From contig OZ024742.1 in NCBI GenBank assembly GCA_964016885.1, positions 310,310,001-310,374,000 on the forward strand: 64,000 bases of DNA, given 5' to 3'. The notes beneath the pieces are model-generated. The model saw nothing but the letters and a program-made list of their open reading frames with translations, ran no database searches and was not told where the DNA came from. Position 1 is the stretch's first letter; the number at the start of each line of letters is the position of its first letter. This DNA comes from Eledone cirrhosa (lineage: Eukaryota). Of the stretch, positions 40,015 to 53,480 are shown in pieces. Made by a program: the position numbers and the translations under genes.

Positions 40015-40273
40015 AAATTATGTAAACTATATATATGTGTTTGTGTCTATATTGTATCTGTATTATTTTTGACCGCCGGTCAGTCAATGGCAACATTGAG
40101 GACCGAGTAAGTTAGATCGCAGATATATATATATAAAAGACAGCGAGAAGCGAAAACCAACCAAACAGTGAGTGTGTTCTGTTATTAATTCTGGCAATAT
40201 TACGCAAATATGACCCTCCCCAAATATAACAATATCTGTTTCGACACACGATTTCATATAAAAAACCTCGCAA

Positions 40274-40323
<50 letters not shown>

Positions 40324-40744
40324 TATATATATATATACATTATTGCCTGTGATTGTTTCATATGTTTATTTTAGATATATATATATGTCAATCAATTTCT
40401 AGTTGATATAAAATGCTCGGATCTATTCATTGGAATCTTGGATCATATTCTACCGTGGATATGGTGCATGTCTCTCTAACATGACACCCTTAATTTAATT
40501 TATTTCATTATCTTCGGCCATTACCTACACATTCAAAGAGATAATAGGATTGCAGTTGAGAAACTGCACTTTATGACACAGAGTGCACACAGTTAGTGAT
40601 TATGATAGCCGTGTTTTGTGTATGATACTTCCATTTACACCTGTTATTGTAAATGTTATATGCAGGGAACGTTGGGCTATTGCTCTTCATCAGGATGGAA
40701 CCCAATCGCAACATGTTGGTCTTTAAAGTGAACACACTGCACTG

Positions 40745-41270
<526 letters not shown>

Positions 41271-41487
41271 ATATAAGTATGTATGTATACGTACATAGAT
41301 ATATGTATACAGACGTACAGTAGTATATATATATATATATACATACATGCACACATATATATATGTACGTATGGATTCACCGAACATTTATTATAATGCT
41401 CGGTGTGTTTGTAAACAAACATTCCGTATTAAGCTGTACAATGTCTAGCAACCATCGTTGCTCATTTGTTCAACACTGACAAAGGAA

Positions 41488-41528
41488 CGCTGTACTAGTT
41501 TCAAGCTTATTAGCTATCGTCAGCAACG
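41488..41528 (-). ncRNA. Minimal type-I hammerhead ribozyme (inverted copy)
   Basis: Exact reverse complement of 41998-42038. Confidence 0.82.
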
Positions 41529-41997
41529 TATACCTTCCTTCCAGATGATTGAACGTCTGAAAGTATATACTTTCCCTATGCATATTAACGGCTGGGCAGC
41601 CTAATTTGCATATCGAGTGAGTTAATCGGCCGGAGTACCGAAAACGATAAACGGAAATGTTTACAAACACACCGAGCATTATAATAAATGTTCGGTGAAT
41701 CCATACGTACATATATATATATATATATGTGTGCATGTATGTATATATATATATATATATATATATACATACTACTGTACGTCTGTAGACATATATGATT
41801 GTACGTATACATACTTATATTTAAGTAACAGCCGTACTAAGAGTGAGAAAGGAAATTTCGTTTCATTTTTTCCGTTTATCGTTTTCGGTACCCCGGCCGA
41901 TTAACTCAATCGATATGCAAATTAGGCTGCTCTGCCGTTAATATGCATAAGGAAAGTATATACTTTCAGATATTCAATGACCTGGCAGGAAGGTATA

Positions 41998-42038
41998 CGT
42001 TGCTGACGATAGCTAATAAGCTTGAAACTAGTACAGCG
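41998..42038 (+). ncRNA. Minimal type-I hammerhead ribozyme
   Basis: CGTTG-CTGACGA-T-AGCT-AATA-AGCT-T-GAAA-CTAG-TA-CAGCG; palindromic stem III ACTAGT. Confidence 0.82.
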
Positions 42039-42394
42039 TTCCTTTGTCAGTGTTGAACAAATGAGCAACGATGGTTGCTAGACACTGTACGGCTTAATTC
42101 GGGATGTTTGTTTACAAACACACCGAGCATTATAATAAATGTTCGGTGAATCCATACGTACATATATATATGTGTGCATGTATGTGTATATATATACATA
42201 CTACTGTACGTCTGCATACATATATGTATGTACGTATACATACATACTTATATTTAAGTAACAGCTGGACTAAGAGTGAGAAATGAAATTTCGTTTCATT
42301 TTTTCCGTTTATATTTATATATATAGAGAGAGAGATAGATAGATATACACACACACGCACACACATACAAACACACATACACACACATATATAT

Positions 42395-42570
42395 AATTGT
42401 TTCTACTTTTGGCACAAGGCCAGCAATTATCCCAATGCATTATTTTATCGATCCGTAAGGATGAAAGGCAAAGTTAACCTCGGCGGGATTTGAACTCAGA
42501 CTGTAAAGGGACGTTACTCTGTGCTGGAAAGCAGGGTGTCAGACACTCAACCAATACTGACAATCCATAT
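42395..42570 (-). mobile_element. SINE family S1
   Basis: Reverse complement of head, B box, core and tail. Confidence 0.75.
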
Positions 42571-42663
42571 ATAATGCCAATCATTGCAAGTTTAAATCTA
42601 ACTGACATGCAAAAACATATATACAGGAATAAGGTAAGCCCAAATCGTAGTAGATTCAAATAT

Positions 42664-42739
<76 letters not shown>

Positions 42740-42866
42740 CAGAGAGAGAGAAAGAGAGAGAGGGGGGGAGAACTGAGGTGGAATAGAAATGAAACATGGA
42801 TTACAGATTAAAATGTAATCTAGATAGATGAGAAACAAAAGGTGGATGTAGTTTATGGAACACCCA

Positions 42867-43325
42867 AATGATTTAGAAGTCGAGCAATACCATTAAGAAA
42901 GACATGAACGCCGCCACAACACTTTGTTTTGAAAATTTTGAAAGTATGTTTATAAGTATGAATTTTCATAAAATGTTCGTAGTTGTCTCTGTGGCTTAGC
43001 GGTAGGTACTAGTGACGGTGGAGATCCTGACCTTGGATTCAATCCTGGTCAAGAGGTACATATAACGTTTTTCAGTTTTCATTTTACTCAGTTTTTATTT
43101 TACTGAGAAGATTTACCGGGAAGCCTACTCCCGACCAGGATCGAACTTCAGACCAGGATCACCACCGTTTATGATTCCTCCAACTAGGCCACCGAGACAT
43201 CTACAAAAGTACAATGAAAATTGATAATTATAAACCTACTCTCAAAATCAAAGTTAAAAAGATGTGGTGTCGTTCATGGCTTTCCTAGAGCTATTAGTAA
43301 TATTTGTGCTCGACTTCTGGTCATT
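42867..43325. repeat. Foldback element with two convergent tRNA-like heads
   Basis: Imperfect inverted arms (AGAAGTCGAGCA / TGCTCGACTTCT); A/B boxes at 42985-43055 (+) and 43127-43198 (-). Confidence 0.7.
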
Positions 43326-43528
43326 ATTGAAAGTCTCTGGATTTCACAAAATACATAATATTTTTTATTGGAGAAGGTAAGATATTTTTCCACAAAAATT
43401 TTATTGTACTGTTTTGTTTCCACTTATGTATTTTTCCAAAAATTTATTTATTCATTATAAAAATTAAATGATAGCATTCTATATGTAGGTGGGTCCCCTT
43501 CATCTCTTGGCAACCAAGACACAGTCGC

Positions 43529-43595
<67 letters not shown>

Positions 43596-44462
43596 AATGG
43601 AAGTTCAGTAGAATCGAAGCTCAGGCTGCAGCCATGCTAACGAATGCAATCGGAATGTGCAGCTAAGCACTCAATAAGGTATTTTACCTTAGAGTAATAA
43701 CATTACGTTTAGACAGCTTGAAGATTGCGACCAGTGAGCCAGCCGCAAGGACCAAAGCAACGAGAAAACCAACTCAGGATAATATATATATATATATAAT
43801 TTAAAGTATAAACGGTATATTACAGGATATGTCAATTGAGAAACAAACCAGTCTTTTGTATATATATATATGTCGAACAAATAATTAAAAATTTAAATAC
43901 AAATTTAAATACATACTTCTTAGTGTTAAAGTGAGCTAAACTTTCATATCTTAAGATGATGATTGTAGAATTAGTTATATAAGATACTCGGGGATAGTTT
44001 GCCGTTACAAAAAGACAATATTGGCAAGCCATCCCCGAATCAAACCTATCCGCTATTTTCTAATTTCTATTTTCTAATTGTGTTCGCCGTTATGCCGTTA
44101 CTTATGGAACTAATTCTACAACCAACAACTGATGAAATCGCGTAAGTTTTTGAATAATAATGATGAAACTGGGCCATTGAAATATGTGTTTTCTCTGCAT
44201 TACAGAAAGTTTCAAAGAAGGTTTCCATTCCAGGGTTCTGTTGTCTTTCATTAATATTTACATGCGTTCCTGCACCAGCCAGGGGATACCACATCTACGT
44301 TGAGTACTTTATTTTATTGCATCATCGTTTTACTAATCAGAATAATCATTTCTACTCATTGGTAATATATACGGCTCAAACAAACACATACTTATACCGT
44401 ACTTATACCGAGTTTATTGAGTATCTTTTTCACTGGTTCCTTCGTACCTCTCGCATGCTCTC

Positions 44463-44542
<80 letters not shown>

Positions 44543-44548
44543 TCGCTG

Positions 44549-44584
<36 letters not shown>

Positions 44585-44807
44585 TAGATAGATAGATAGA
44601 TATAGATATAGATATAACACATTTAATGTAGACATGGCTTCTACAGGATTGATCTGTTTCATTCGGAGGAAATCATCAGGAAAGCCTACGTCCGAATGAA
44701 ACAGTTCTAGTCCTGTAGAAGCCATTTGTATATTAAATTTCTTCTATACACTCTACTAATGTATTGAGTACCTTACTCACTGTGGTTGCCCCCGACTGAA
44801 CTCGGGA

Positions 44808-44878
<71 letters not shown>

Positions 44879-45132
44879 ACATATATATATATATTTATAT
44901 ATATATATTTATATATATATACATACGAGTGTGCGTGCGTTAGTGTGTATAGATGTGTGTATGCGTGTGGCTTTGCGTGTAAGTACGTGTATATATGTGT
45001 GTGTGTAAATGCATCTGTGCATTAGTGAGTATCTATTTAAGTTCATATGAAATAATGGGTTTATAAAGTACAGCTTGGTGAGTCTTATTTCAAATAATCT
45101 TTAATTATATACAGTATATATATATATATACA

Positions 45133-45174
<42 letters not shown>

Positions 45175-45388
45175 ATGTCCGTATGTGTGTGTGTGTGTAT
45201 GTGCATGTCTGTATGTGTGCATGTCTGTATGTGTTAAATAAAAAGAAAACATATTTTATTTTATTTCATTCATTGAATATTACTTGTCAGTTTCAAGTAT
45301 ATATTATTTTAAACTAATAAAAACGACATTGAAATAAACAGAATTTCCTCATTTTAGCTATCTATGCATATATATATATACATATATA

Positions 45389-45435
<47 letters not shown>

Positions 45436-45436
45436 G

Positions 45437-45498
<62 letters not shown>

Positions 45499-45519
45499 TT
45501 GTATATATACATAATCATT

Positions 45520-45550
<31 letters not shown>

Positions 45551-45914
45551 TTCCTATCTTGGCGGAAAAAGAAGATTGAAAATAAAACAAACAAACAAAA
45601 AATGAAATGCTTACAAAGTTACAAACAAACACATCTCATAAGGAAAACATTGTCATCCTGAAGAAATTGGCTTTTAAAATGTCAAACACCGGAGATTTGG
45701 CAATGCATGTGTTGTTTGATATACCCCACTTTATATAGACACACACAGACTGGCAGGAAATGAAAACTGTAGTTTCGAGCGGATGCATCTGTGGATGTGT
45801 TGAATGACCTGGGACTCGTTGTATCATCGTAACCACAGCAACGGCGTAGTCCTCGTTCTCGGCCTCGTCTTCACCGCCAATTTCATCACCATCTTCCCTC
45901 TTCTTCTTCTTCTG

Positions 45915-45967
<53 letters not shown>

Positions 45968-45985
45968 AATAATAATAATAATAAT

Positions 45986-48900
45986 GATTTCATTTATTGG
46001 CCACAAGGGCCGACATATAGGGGACAATACAAAAGACTGGGACAGTGGGGTTTTACAGAAAAATCAAGTAAACAATATGAATAACAATAACAAAGTAACA
46101 ATAACAAAGAAACAATAAAGTAACAAGAAAATTACAACAAGAAAAAATTCCCCAATAGAGGGGTTGACCACCTAGGGTTCGCTCAGGTACCCCATCAGTC
46201 TTGAACGACCCGACGCTTCGAGAGCACCCTGGAAGGGCACCGCTCTCCTATTCAAATTTACCTACCTACAGCCGCATGATCAGAGTAGGCCCACTCATAC
46301 GGGCCATTCTCGCCACATTCACCGACCTTTCAGCAAATGTACTGGGGGGCAGCACTTCTCTCTCCACCCTCACCTTCCTTTCCAAGTGAAACTTGAAAAA
46401 GTTGATGAGGGATTGACCGAAGAGAAAAGTGTCTGTCTTCAGTCCTTTCAACCTCGTCCACCATACAACCTCTTTCGCTAATGCGACCAGACAGAGGAAA
46501 ATTGCCTGCCCTTCCTGACCAAAAGAAGGCGGCGGGTCGATCTTCACTATGGACTCGGCCGATAGCCGGATCCGTTCTACACGCGACAACAGCTGTTCAA
46601 CATAACTCCACAAGTCAGTAATGCACGGACACTGGACGAGTGCGTAAAGAACGGTTTCGTCGCTCTGCGCGCATCTCAGGCAGGTCCGTCTGACAGCACT
46701 TCCGTGCCTGTAGAGTTATTTCGAACCGGCAGTGCCTACCGGTAGCACTGCCAAGCGAGGGATTTTTGGAAATTATCCATCGTCCCCAGCTCGAAAGTCC
46801 TCCGGTACAGACTGGTTAATTCGACTTCGTTGACTCCCAGAGCCTCTCCGAGTGCATCGTCGTACTTGCCCACCACTAATCCTCTATAGAACTCGAGAGT
46901 GGAAGTTCCACTGACTGCATTGCCCGCCTGGGAGAGGGCAGTGAGTGTCTGGCAACATTCCAGATGCCAGTCACCCAGTCTCGGTCTCTTCTTGACCCAG
47001 GGCTGCAACTCAATCAAAGAAACGAGCTGCGGAAAGGCCCGTCTGACAAACGGCGACCACACCTGTTCACCGTTTAGGCAGAAGATCTGGAGATGCCGCA
47101 GCCTCAGCTGGTGCCTGCGCATCATTAGCCACGGCATGCCCAGCCCTCCACGTAGAGGGTGCTGACCGCAGATGGACCGCCTCACCAGCGGAAACTGACC
47201 CCTCCACAAGAATTTGAAGAGGAGCCGTTCCAAGGGTCGAACGGGGGCAAGGGTCGACAGACAGACGGTATAATGACGGACGCGATGTACGCGTTCGCCA
47301 CCTCCGCCCGACATTTCAGTGATAGCTTCATGCCAACCCATTTATGGGTGAGACTGACTACCCTGCCGTCACCTCGTTCCAATTCTTATCCACTTGGAGG
47401 GCTGGCCCGAACCAAACCCCTAGCAACTTTACCGGTCCGTCCGTCCAGCGCCTAACGACGCTGTTGGACGGCATGGACCTACCACTCCAGGTGCCGAGTT
47501 GCAAGCCCACTGACTTTTCCGGCTTAAGTTTTGCTCCCGTCAACCTTTCATATTCCTCCAATAAGTTGCCGACCACCTCGATTTCTGAGGTGTCCGACAC
47601 CATCACGGTGATGTCGTCCGCATAAGCCGACACAGCCTTTCCGCGTCCCAGTTCGAGCGGGAGGCCCTGCAACAGCTCCAGCTTCCGCAGTAAAGGCTCG
47701 AGAGTCAATACCTACAGAAGGGGGAAGAGAGGGCACCCTTGACGGAACGATCGGGAGACCTGAAACGGTTCCGATAGGTGGCCATTAATTTTGACCATCG
47801 AGCAGGTGCCGCTGTGAATTGCAGCGATCCAGCTTCTGAAGACGGGGCCAAAGCCAGCCGCCTTGAGGACAGCCTCCAAGTACCGATGGTCGACCCTATC
47901 GAATGCTTTCGATTGATCTAAATTGATCAGAGCCCCAACGGAGCAAGGTTTACACCCTACCCTCTCTATGATGTATCGCATTAGGTGGAGATTGTCGTGT
48001 ATGGACCTGGTTGGGATTGCGCAAGTTTGCGCCTCCCCAACCAAATCCCCGACGACAAGCGCCAACCTCTTCGCTAACACCCTGGCCAAAATCTTAAACT
48101 CTGTGTTGAACAGAGTTATGGGCCTGAAATTGTCTAATGTGTCCCTCTTGTTCTCGTCTTTCCTTATCAGCGTCACTACGCCCCGGCTCACAGAACTGGG
48201 AATACTCCCGTTTTGCTGCCAGTTGCAGTAGAGGGCTTCGAGGAGATTGGAGAACAAGTCTGGCATATTTACGTAAAGCTCGTAGGGCAGACCATCCAAA
48301 CCGGGTGACTTTCGCCTCATGCAGCCGACCAGGGCATTTTGAATCTGGGCTGAAGTATTTGGCCTTTCGCAGCGCCCAGCGTCAGCCGTCGAGAGTTGCG
48401 GCACGCCATTGAGGTAGGGACTGCAGTCCGCCACCATCTCTGACCCGCCACTTCCCCGGAACAACCGAGCAAAATGTTGGCGAAAGGCCTCACACATCCT
48501 CACAAATCGCTCAGCTCGTGCCCGTCTCGTGCCCGTCTCGGTCCGTCAAAGACCGAATCGTAGTTTTATTACCGCGCTGCGCCCCTGCCACGCGGGTCCA
48601 TCGAACAGCTTTGGTTCCCTCGTTTCTCAGAGCACGCGCCTTAACTCTGACAATGCAACCTTCGTGTTTCGCATTGAAGAAATGGTCTAATGCCATTCTC
48701 ACCTCTAGCACATCAGTTGCAATGCCACTAGCAATAGCCTCGTCTAACCTATCTACCAACTCCCCCTCCTTTCTATTTTTCTCTAATGCTACTTCTTTGC
48801 TAAACTCTATCGACATTACTCTAATCTCTCTTTTGAGAGCTCCCCACCATCTATTGTTGACGACTCCCCCTGTCAACCTTTTCTTAACTAAATTGTTGAC

Positions 48901-50420
48901 CTGTTCCCAGTAAGCCTTACGTGCCGGAAATGACGTTTAGCTTCCAGTAAAACAGGTCCTAACCTACGCGTCTTATCTAGGTCGACCATACAGATCACAA
49001 ACTTGTGATCTGAATAGGCGACCGTTTCAAAACGTGGACAGCTTACACTATTTCTGTCTATTTTCCTAATGAATATCCTGTCTATATACGATCTAGATGA
49101 CCCTATGCGGTTAGCCCAGGTCCATACTGGCGCATTAGGGAAATCTAGTCGGTACCTGTCAGACAGTTGGAACTGGCTGATCAGGTTCTTAAGGCTTTTG
49201 CACCCCCCGCTCCTATCGTGCGTCTAAGATGCCGTTCCAGTCCCCCGCTAACAGTAAAGGGCGAGACGTACCCAGAAAGGCTTCCAGGCGTCTAAAGGAG
49301 TCCGGCCGTCCTGCCCCAGTAGGAGCATAGACGGCCACCAGTCTAAAGGCACCACTTTCATTATTGTTCACGTCCAGTACCACCAACTTCCCGTCCGCGT
49401 CCCGGAAGATCGACCTTACCTCGAGATCCAGGCCTTTCCTAAACAGCACTGCCACCCCGCCTCCCATTCCCGGCCGGCTAACAGATGCAAAAATCTGATA
49501 GTCGTCGAAAATGGGGGCTAGTGCGCGCGTGTCGGAAATCCTGGTCTCGCTGACTGCAATTACATCCATTTCTATAGACCTGAGGTCGTTGAGCAGGTGA
49601 CCCTGGTTCCAGGACGATCCCAGGTCTCGAACATTTAAACATCCTACTCTTAACACGGCCATGTTGGCAGGTTAAACAGAGAGAGGAAGGTTTACTTACC
49701 TTCCGGGCTCTTGTGAAGGTCGGGTTGTTCGACCTCCATAGTTAGTGGGGTTTCTTTTGGGAACCCCTTTAAAAGTCTTGAAGTGGGTTTTACGTTCGGG
49801 GTTCCCACGTCCCGCGGAAAGCTGTCTCGTATTTCTTTGAATATGTCGAGCGACATTCGCACCAGAACCAAATCTTCCGGCACGTAAATGTGCTCGATTG
49901 AAAAATTTCCCCCTCTTTTTGTATATTTTCACTTCGTGCTACGAGGGCCATCAGTTCCTTGTTGGCCCTCCTGACGAGCACGAAGTTTTGTATGTTTTGT
50001 TGGTGTGATTTTATTTGTTTGCGTGGCTGTGGTGTTGATGGTTTTGGTGGTGTTGTTTTGATTGTATCTGCGTTTGTTGTGAGTGCGGTGTCTATGGTTG
50101 CAGATGTTTGTGTGTATATTTGTTCTTGCGTCTGTTTCGGTTGTTTGCGTTTGGGGGATTCTGGTGATGGTGATGGTGGTGTTGATGTTGGTGTTATTGG
50201 AGAGATGTTTGCGTGGGTGGTGTCTGAGTTTTTTTTATTGTGGGTGCTTTTGTGCTTTGTTGATTTTTTTTTTTTCTTTTTGTGTTTCCTTTTTTGTATT
50301 TTGGGGGATTTGGGATTTCCCTCATTTTCACTACTGGTCGATGAGGGGTATGTGTCTGTAAGTGTGTCTGTATGTCTGTTTATGATTTTATTGGTGTGTG
50401 TATTTGGGGGGGGGGGGGGG
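45986..50420 (-). mobile_element. Degenerate Tx1/L1-clade LINE (family T2), 5'-truncated in ORF1
   Basis: Frameshifted ORF2 pieces from 49662 to 46266 are collinear with the T1 ORF2; an ORF1 remnant spans 49696-50420; the 3' end GCCCTTGTGGCCAATAAATGAAATC runs into (ATT)n(ATG)n. Confidence 0.92.
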
Positions 50421-50459
50421 ATTTGACAGCTATCCTCGTTTGCCCCCTGGGTGGTCAAT

Positions 50460-51190
50460 GGTCAATTCAGATGAACTTAAAACTAATTACGGAATATTCC
50501 AAGGCGACTCATTCCCTCTCCTATGTTGGCACGCTCTCTATCCAATATCAAGTGAGCTCAATAATACGGGATACAGGTATAAGATGAACAGCAACAATAA
50601 TATCGTTAAATATTTGATTTTTAAAAAATATTGTATGACCTAAAATTGTATGTTAAACACGGCCAAGGGTTAGAAGGACTGTGGAGCAATTTAAAAATAA
50701 TATTGGCATGGAATTTGGTCTTAACAAATGCGCCAAAGCAACTTTTAAAAGAGGGAAGCTAACAGAAACACTATAGATACATCCATGCAGGGGTTAGACC
50801 CAGAAACAACTATAAATGTCTTAGCATAAATGAAGGTGATGGAATTAAACACAATCAAATGAAGGAAGGAATATGGAAAGAATATTTCAACAGAGTAAGG
50901 CTGATCCTGAAAACTGAACTAAATTCTAAACACCATTTTCAGGCTATAAACACCTGAGCTGTATCAGTGGTTAGATACAGTTATAACATCATCAATTGGA
51001 ACTTATCTCATTTTTAAAGAATGGACTCAAAAACTGAAAAACTTACAGCCAACAAAATGCATCACCCCAAGGCAGACGTATATCAGATATATTTGCCAAG
51101 ACGAGAAGGAGGAGAGAGCTAATCCAACTTGAACTGTCATACATAATAACTACAATAGACTTATAAACGTATTTAGAGAGTACCAATATC
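50460..51190 (+). mobile_element. Degenerate R4/Dong-like non-LTR RT fragment
   Basis: Broken motifs GIFQGDS, IGMEFGLNKCAK, MHHPKADV..IYLPRREGG. Confidence 0.75.
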
Positions 51191-52639
51191 TCTCTTTATA
51201 AAGGACATCGGCTTCTAACACCTCTGAAGACATAGTTTGAAATGGAATTTGTGTCCTAAACATTATTATTCCCAAACCTGTTTTCGCACCCCTTGTAAAA
51301 CTTTACTATTCTAAAAACATTTTGATACAAATTGCGCTTCTATCAACACTTTACTACTCTAAAAACATGTTAATACAAACTTTTCACTCCCAACAATACT
51401 TTGTTATTTGAAGAATATGTTAATTACGAGAAAATATTAAGTTATGGATACATTTTGTGGTAGAAAATACTTTGTGGTGAAGGATACTTTCTATCGCGAA
51501 TATGGTCATGATCGTATTTCGTAATCAATCAGTAAATTAAAAAGGATTTTACTGCAATTTCAGATCATAAATAAAAACTAATTATATTCAATGTTGAAAA
51601 TGGATATTAGTACGAATAATCTTTTAACATAATTTTGGTCTAAGTTTTTCCATATAATCTTTTTTCTTCATTTTTTTTTTATTAGGGATAAAATTGACTT
51701 ATTATATTAAATAACATTTGTATTTAATTTTATAATGCAAAACGAAATCACTAAATTTTAACCATTATACAGCAAAGTTGATAATCACATGAGATTGTTT
51801 CAAAAGAAAAAGAAAAATAATCCTGTTATGGCTTATAGAGTTTCGGTGTGTTAATCTGCAAGAACACGGATACGTGATATGCACATACAATATAGATGCA
51901 ATTACTAAGCTCTTTATTAAATAATTATCAACCGAGAAAATACATAATACTAAAATATTGTGTTTCAAATCGACTCAGTTTTCTTTATTTACCTTATTCT
52001 AAAAAATATACAATACAATTACTTAAAAAGACAAAATCTCATATTTGTTTTCTATACAACGTTTTGTTTAGCAGTAAGTGTAGCTATTTGCGAGCATGAC
52101 TCTGAGTTTAAACATTGCTTATACACGGCAAAGTGAATACTAAATATTACCAACATATCAAACAAACAAGGAAATGATATCAATACATGATGTAATTATT
52201 CAGCTGACAAACTACAAGGTATTGCTTCGTGGATCTTAATATATAGAGAATGATAAGTTTATAGGTAACTTTACTATCTTATTAAGTGGAAAGTTGAACC
52301 GGTTTCCATATGAAAGTATTTAAAGAATGTAAAAATATGTCTCAAATCACACCTCAAAAGCCAAATCAATTTATCTATTGCTGTGTAGTAGAAATTCGAT
52401 CAATATTTATAGTTGAACTGGAGGAAGCCAGTTCTCTGTTAATGACTGACAATGAAACAGGATACTTATCTATTAAATCTCAATATTTCGATTTACAACA
52501 AAGAATATATTGATGAAGCTTTGGTAAGATTTGTGGAATTTGTCTACACATATGATTGCCGAAAATCTTAAACATGGGTCCATGCCAGTTGATAAATCCC
52601 GTGGACAAATATGTGGTGATTTTGATTTGATATTCGAAG

Positions 52640-53480
52640 ATGACAAACATTTATTTAAAAACAACAATCAACTATGTCTATATTAAAAAAAAACCTGGTG
52701 GCATGCTAGAACAGACATTAGTTTCTCGAAATTACTCATACAAATATAATGATATAATATAAAATTGGTAATACTAGACAAAATCACTTTTGAACCAAAT
52801 GTTGAATCACGTAATGCAGCTGTCGCAAACCCACACACACTGATGATTTGTTTAAATCTCACTGGTAATTATTCATGTTAACATGATACTCATGATGGCC
52901 TAGTAGCTGTGTAAAATCAACTACCGTAACTAATATTAGTTTATACAGACCAAAGATATGATTATGTGTCATGTTTATTATCTACTAACGATCAAAAATA
53001 ATTCTACAAGTAAATAACTAAATGTTTATATCAATCAGCAACTAATTTGAGAAGGAACGTTGATGAATGACGTACAATGTATTGTGATGGGGTCTCCAAG
53101 AATATTGTGACACTGCCTGGAAGTCTACACAGATCATAATGTTGCTTCCAGAACATTTATGTCATCGTACAATTGCTACTTTATTCTCTATTAATTAGTT
53201 CAGTAATGAATAAACAGTCATTTCTTGTTCTGTGGAAACTGAAAAAGTGATGGGAATCAACCACAGGGACCGAATCATTTAATGGTTTAATTCTGCTAAA
53301 TATTCATCAGAATAGCCCCTGCTTAAAGACTATTAGCAAAATATATATATGTTGTGTGCAAATTTTATTCTTCGGATAGTCTAACGATTGGTAAGATTTT
53401 TACAGATCAATACATTACATATTTTTTTTTATTTTACATTATAAGCAGACATTTATTGAGTTTTTGGACATATGAAAATG
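52640..53480 (+). mobile_element. Possible highly degenerate MULE-like transposase remnant
   Basis: Only a YCDG-like motif near 53077 and weak similarity around it; many stops. Confidence 0.25.

Larger units (their letters stand above)
34634..40276. mobile_element. PLE family 1 insertion: + strand copy 36706-40276 joined head-to-head to an inverted copy 34634-36707, inside (TA)n
   Basis: 34634-36707 is the reverse complement of ~38159-40233 with only a few differences; there is a 2-nt GA microhomology at the junction; (TA)n flanks both ends. Confidence 0.92.

Noticed and set aside
40660-40700. Minus-strand CTGATGAAGAGC hammerhead; similarly TTGAAGA at ~43718
   Set aside because: No correctly placed GAAA half or stem I.
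42985-43055. Functional tRNA gene
   Set aside because: A/B boxes are present but the cloverleaf stems do not pair properly; treated as tRNA-derived.
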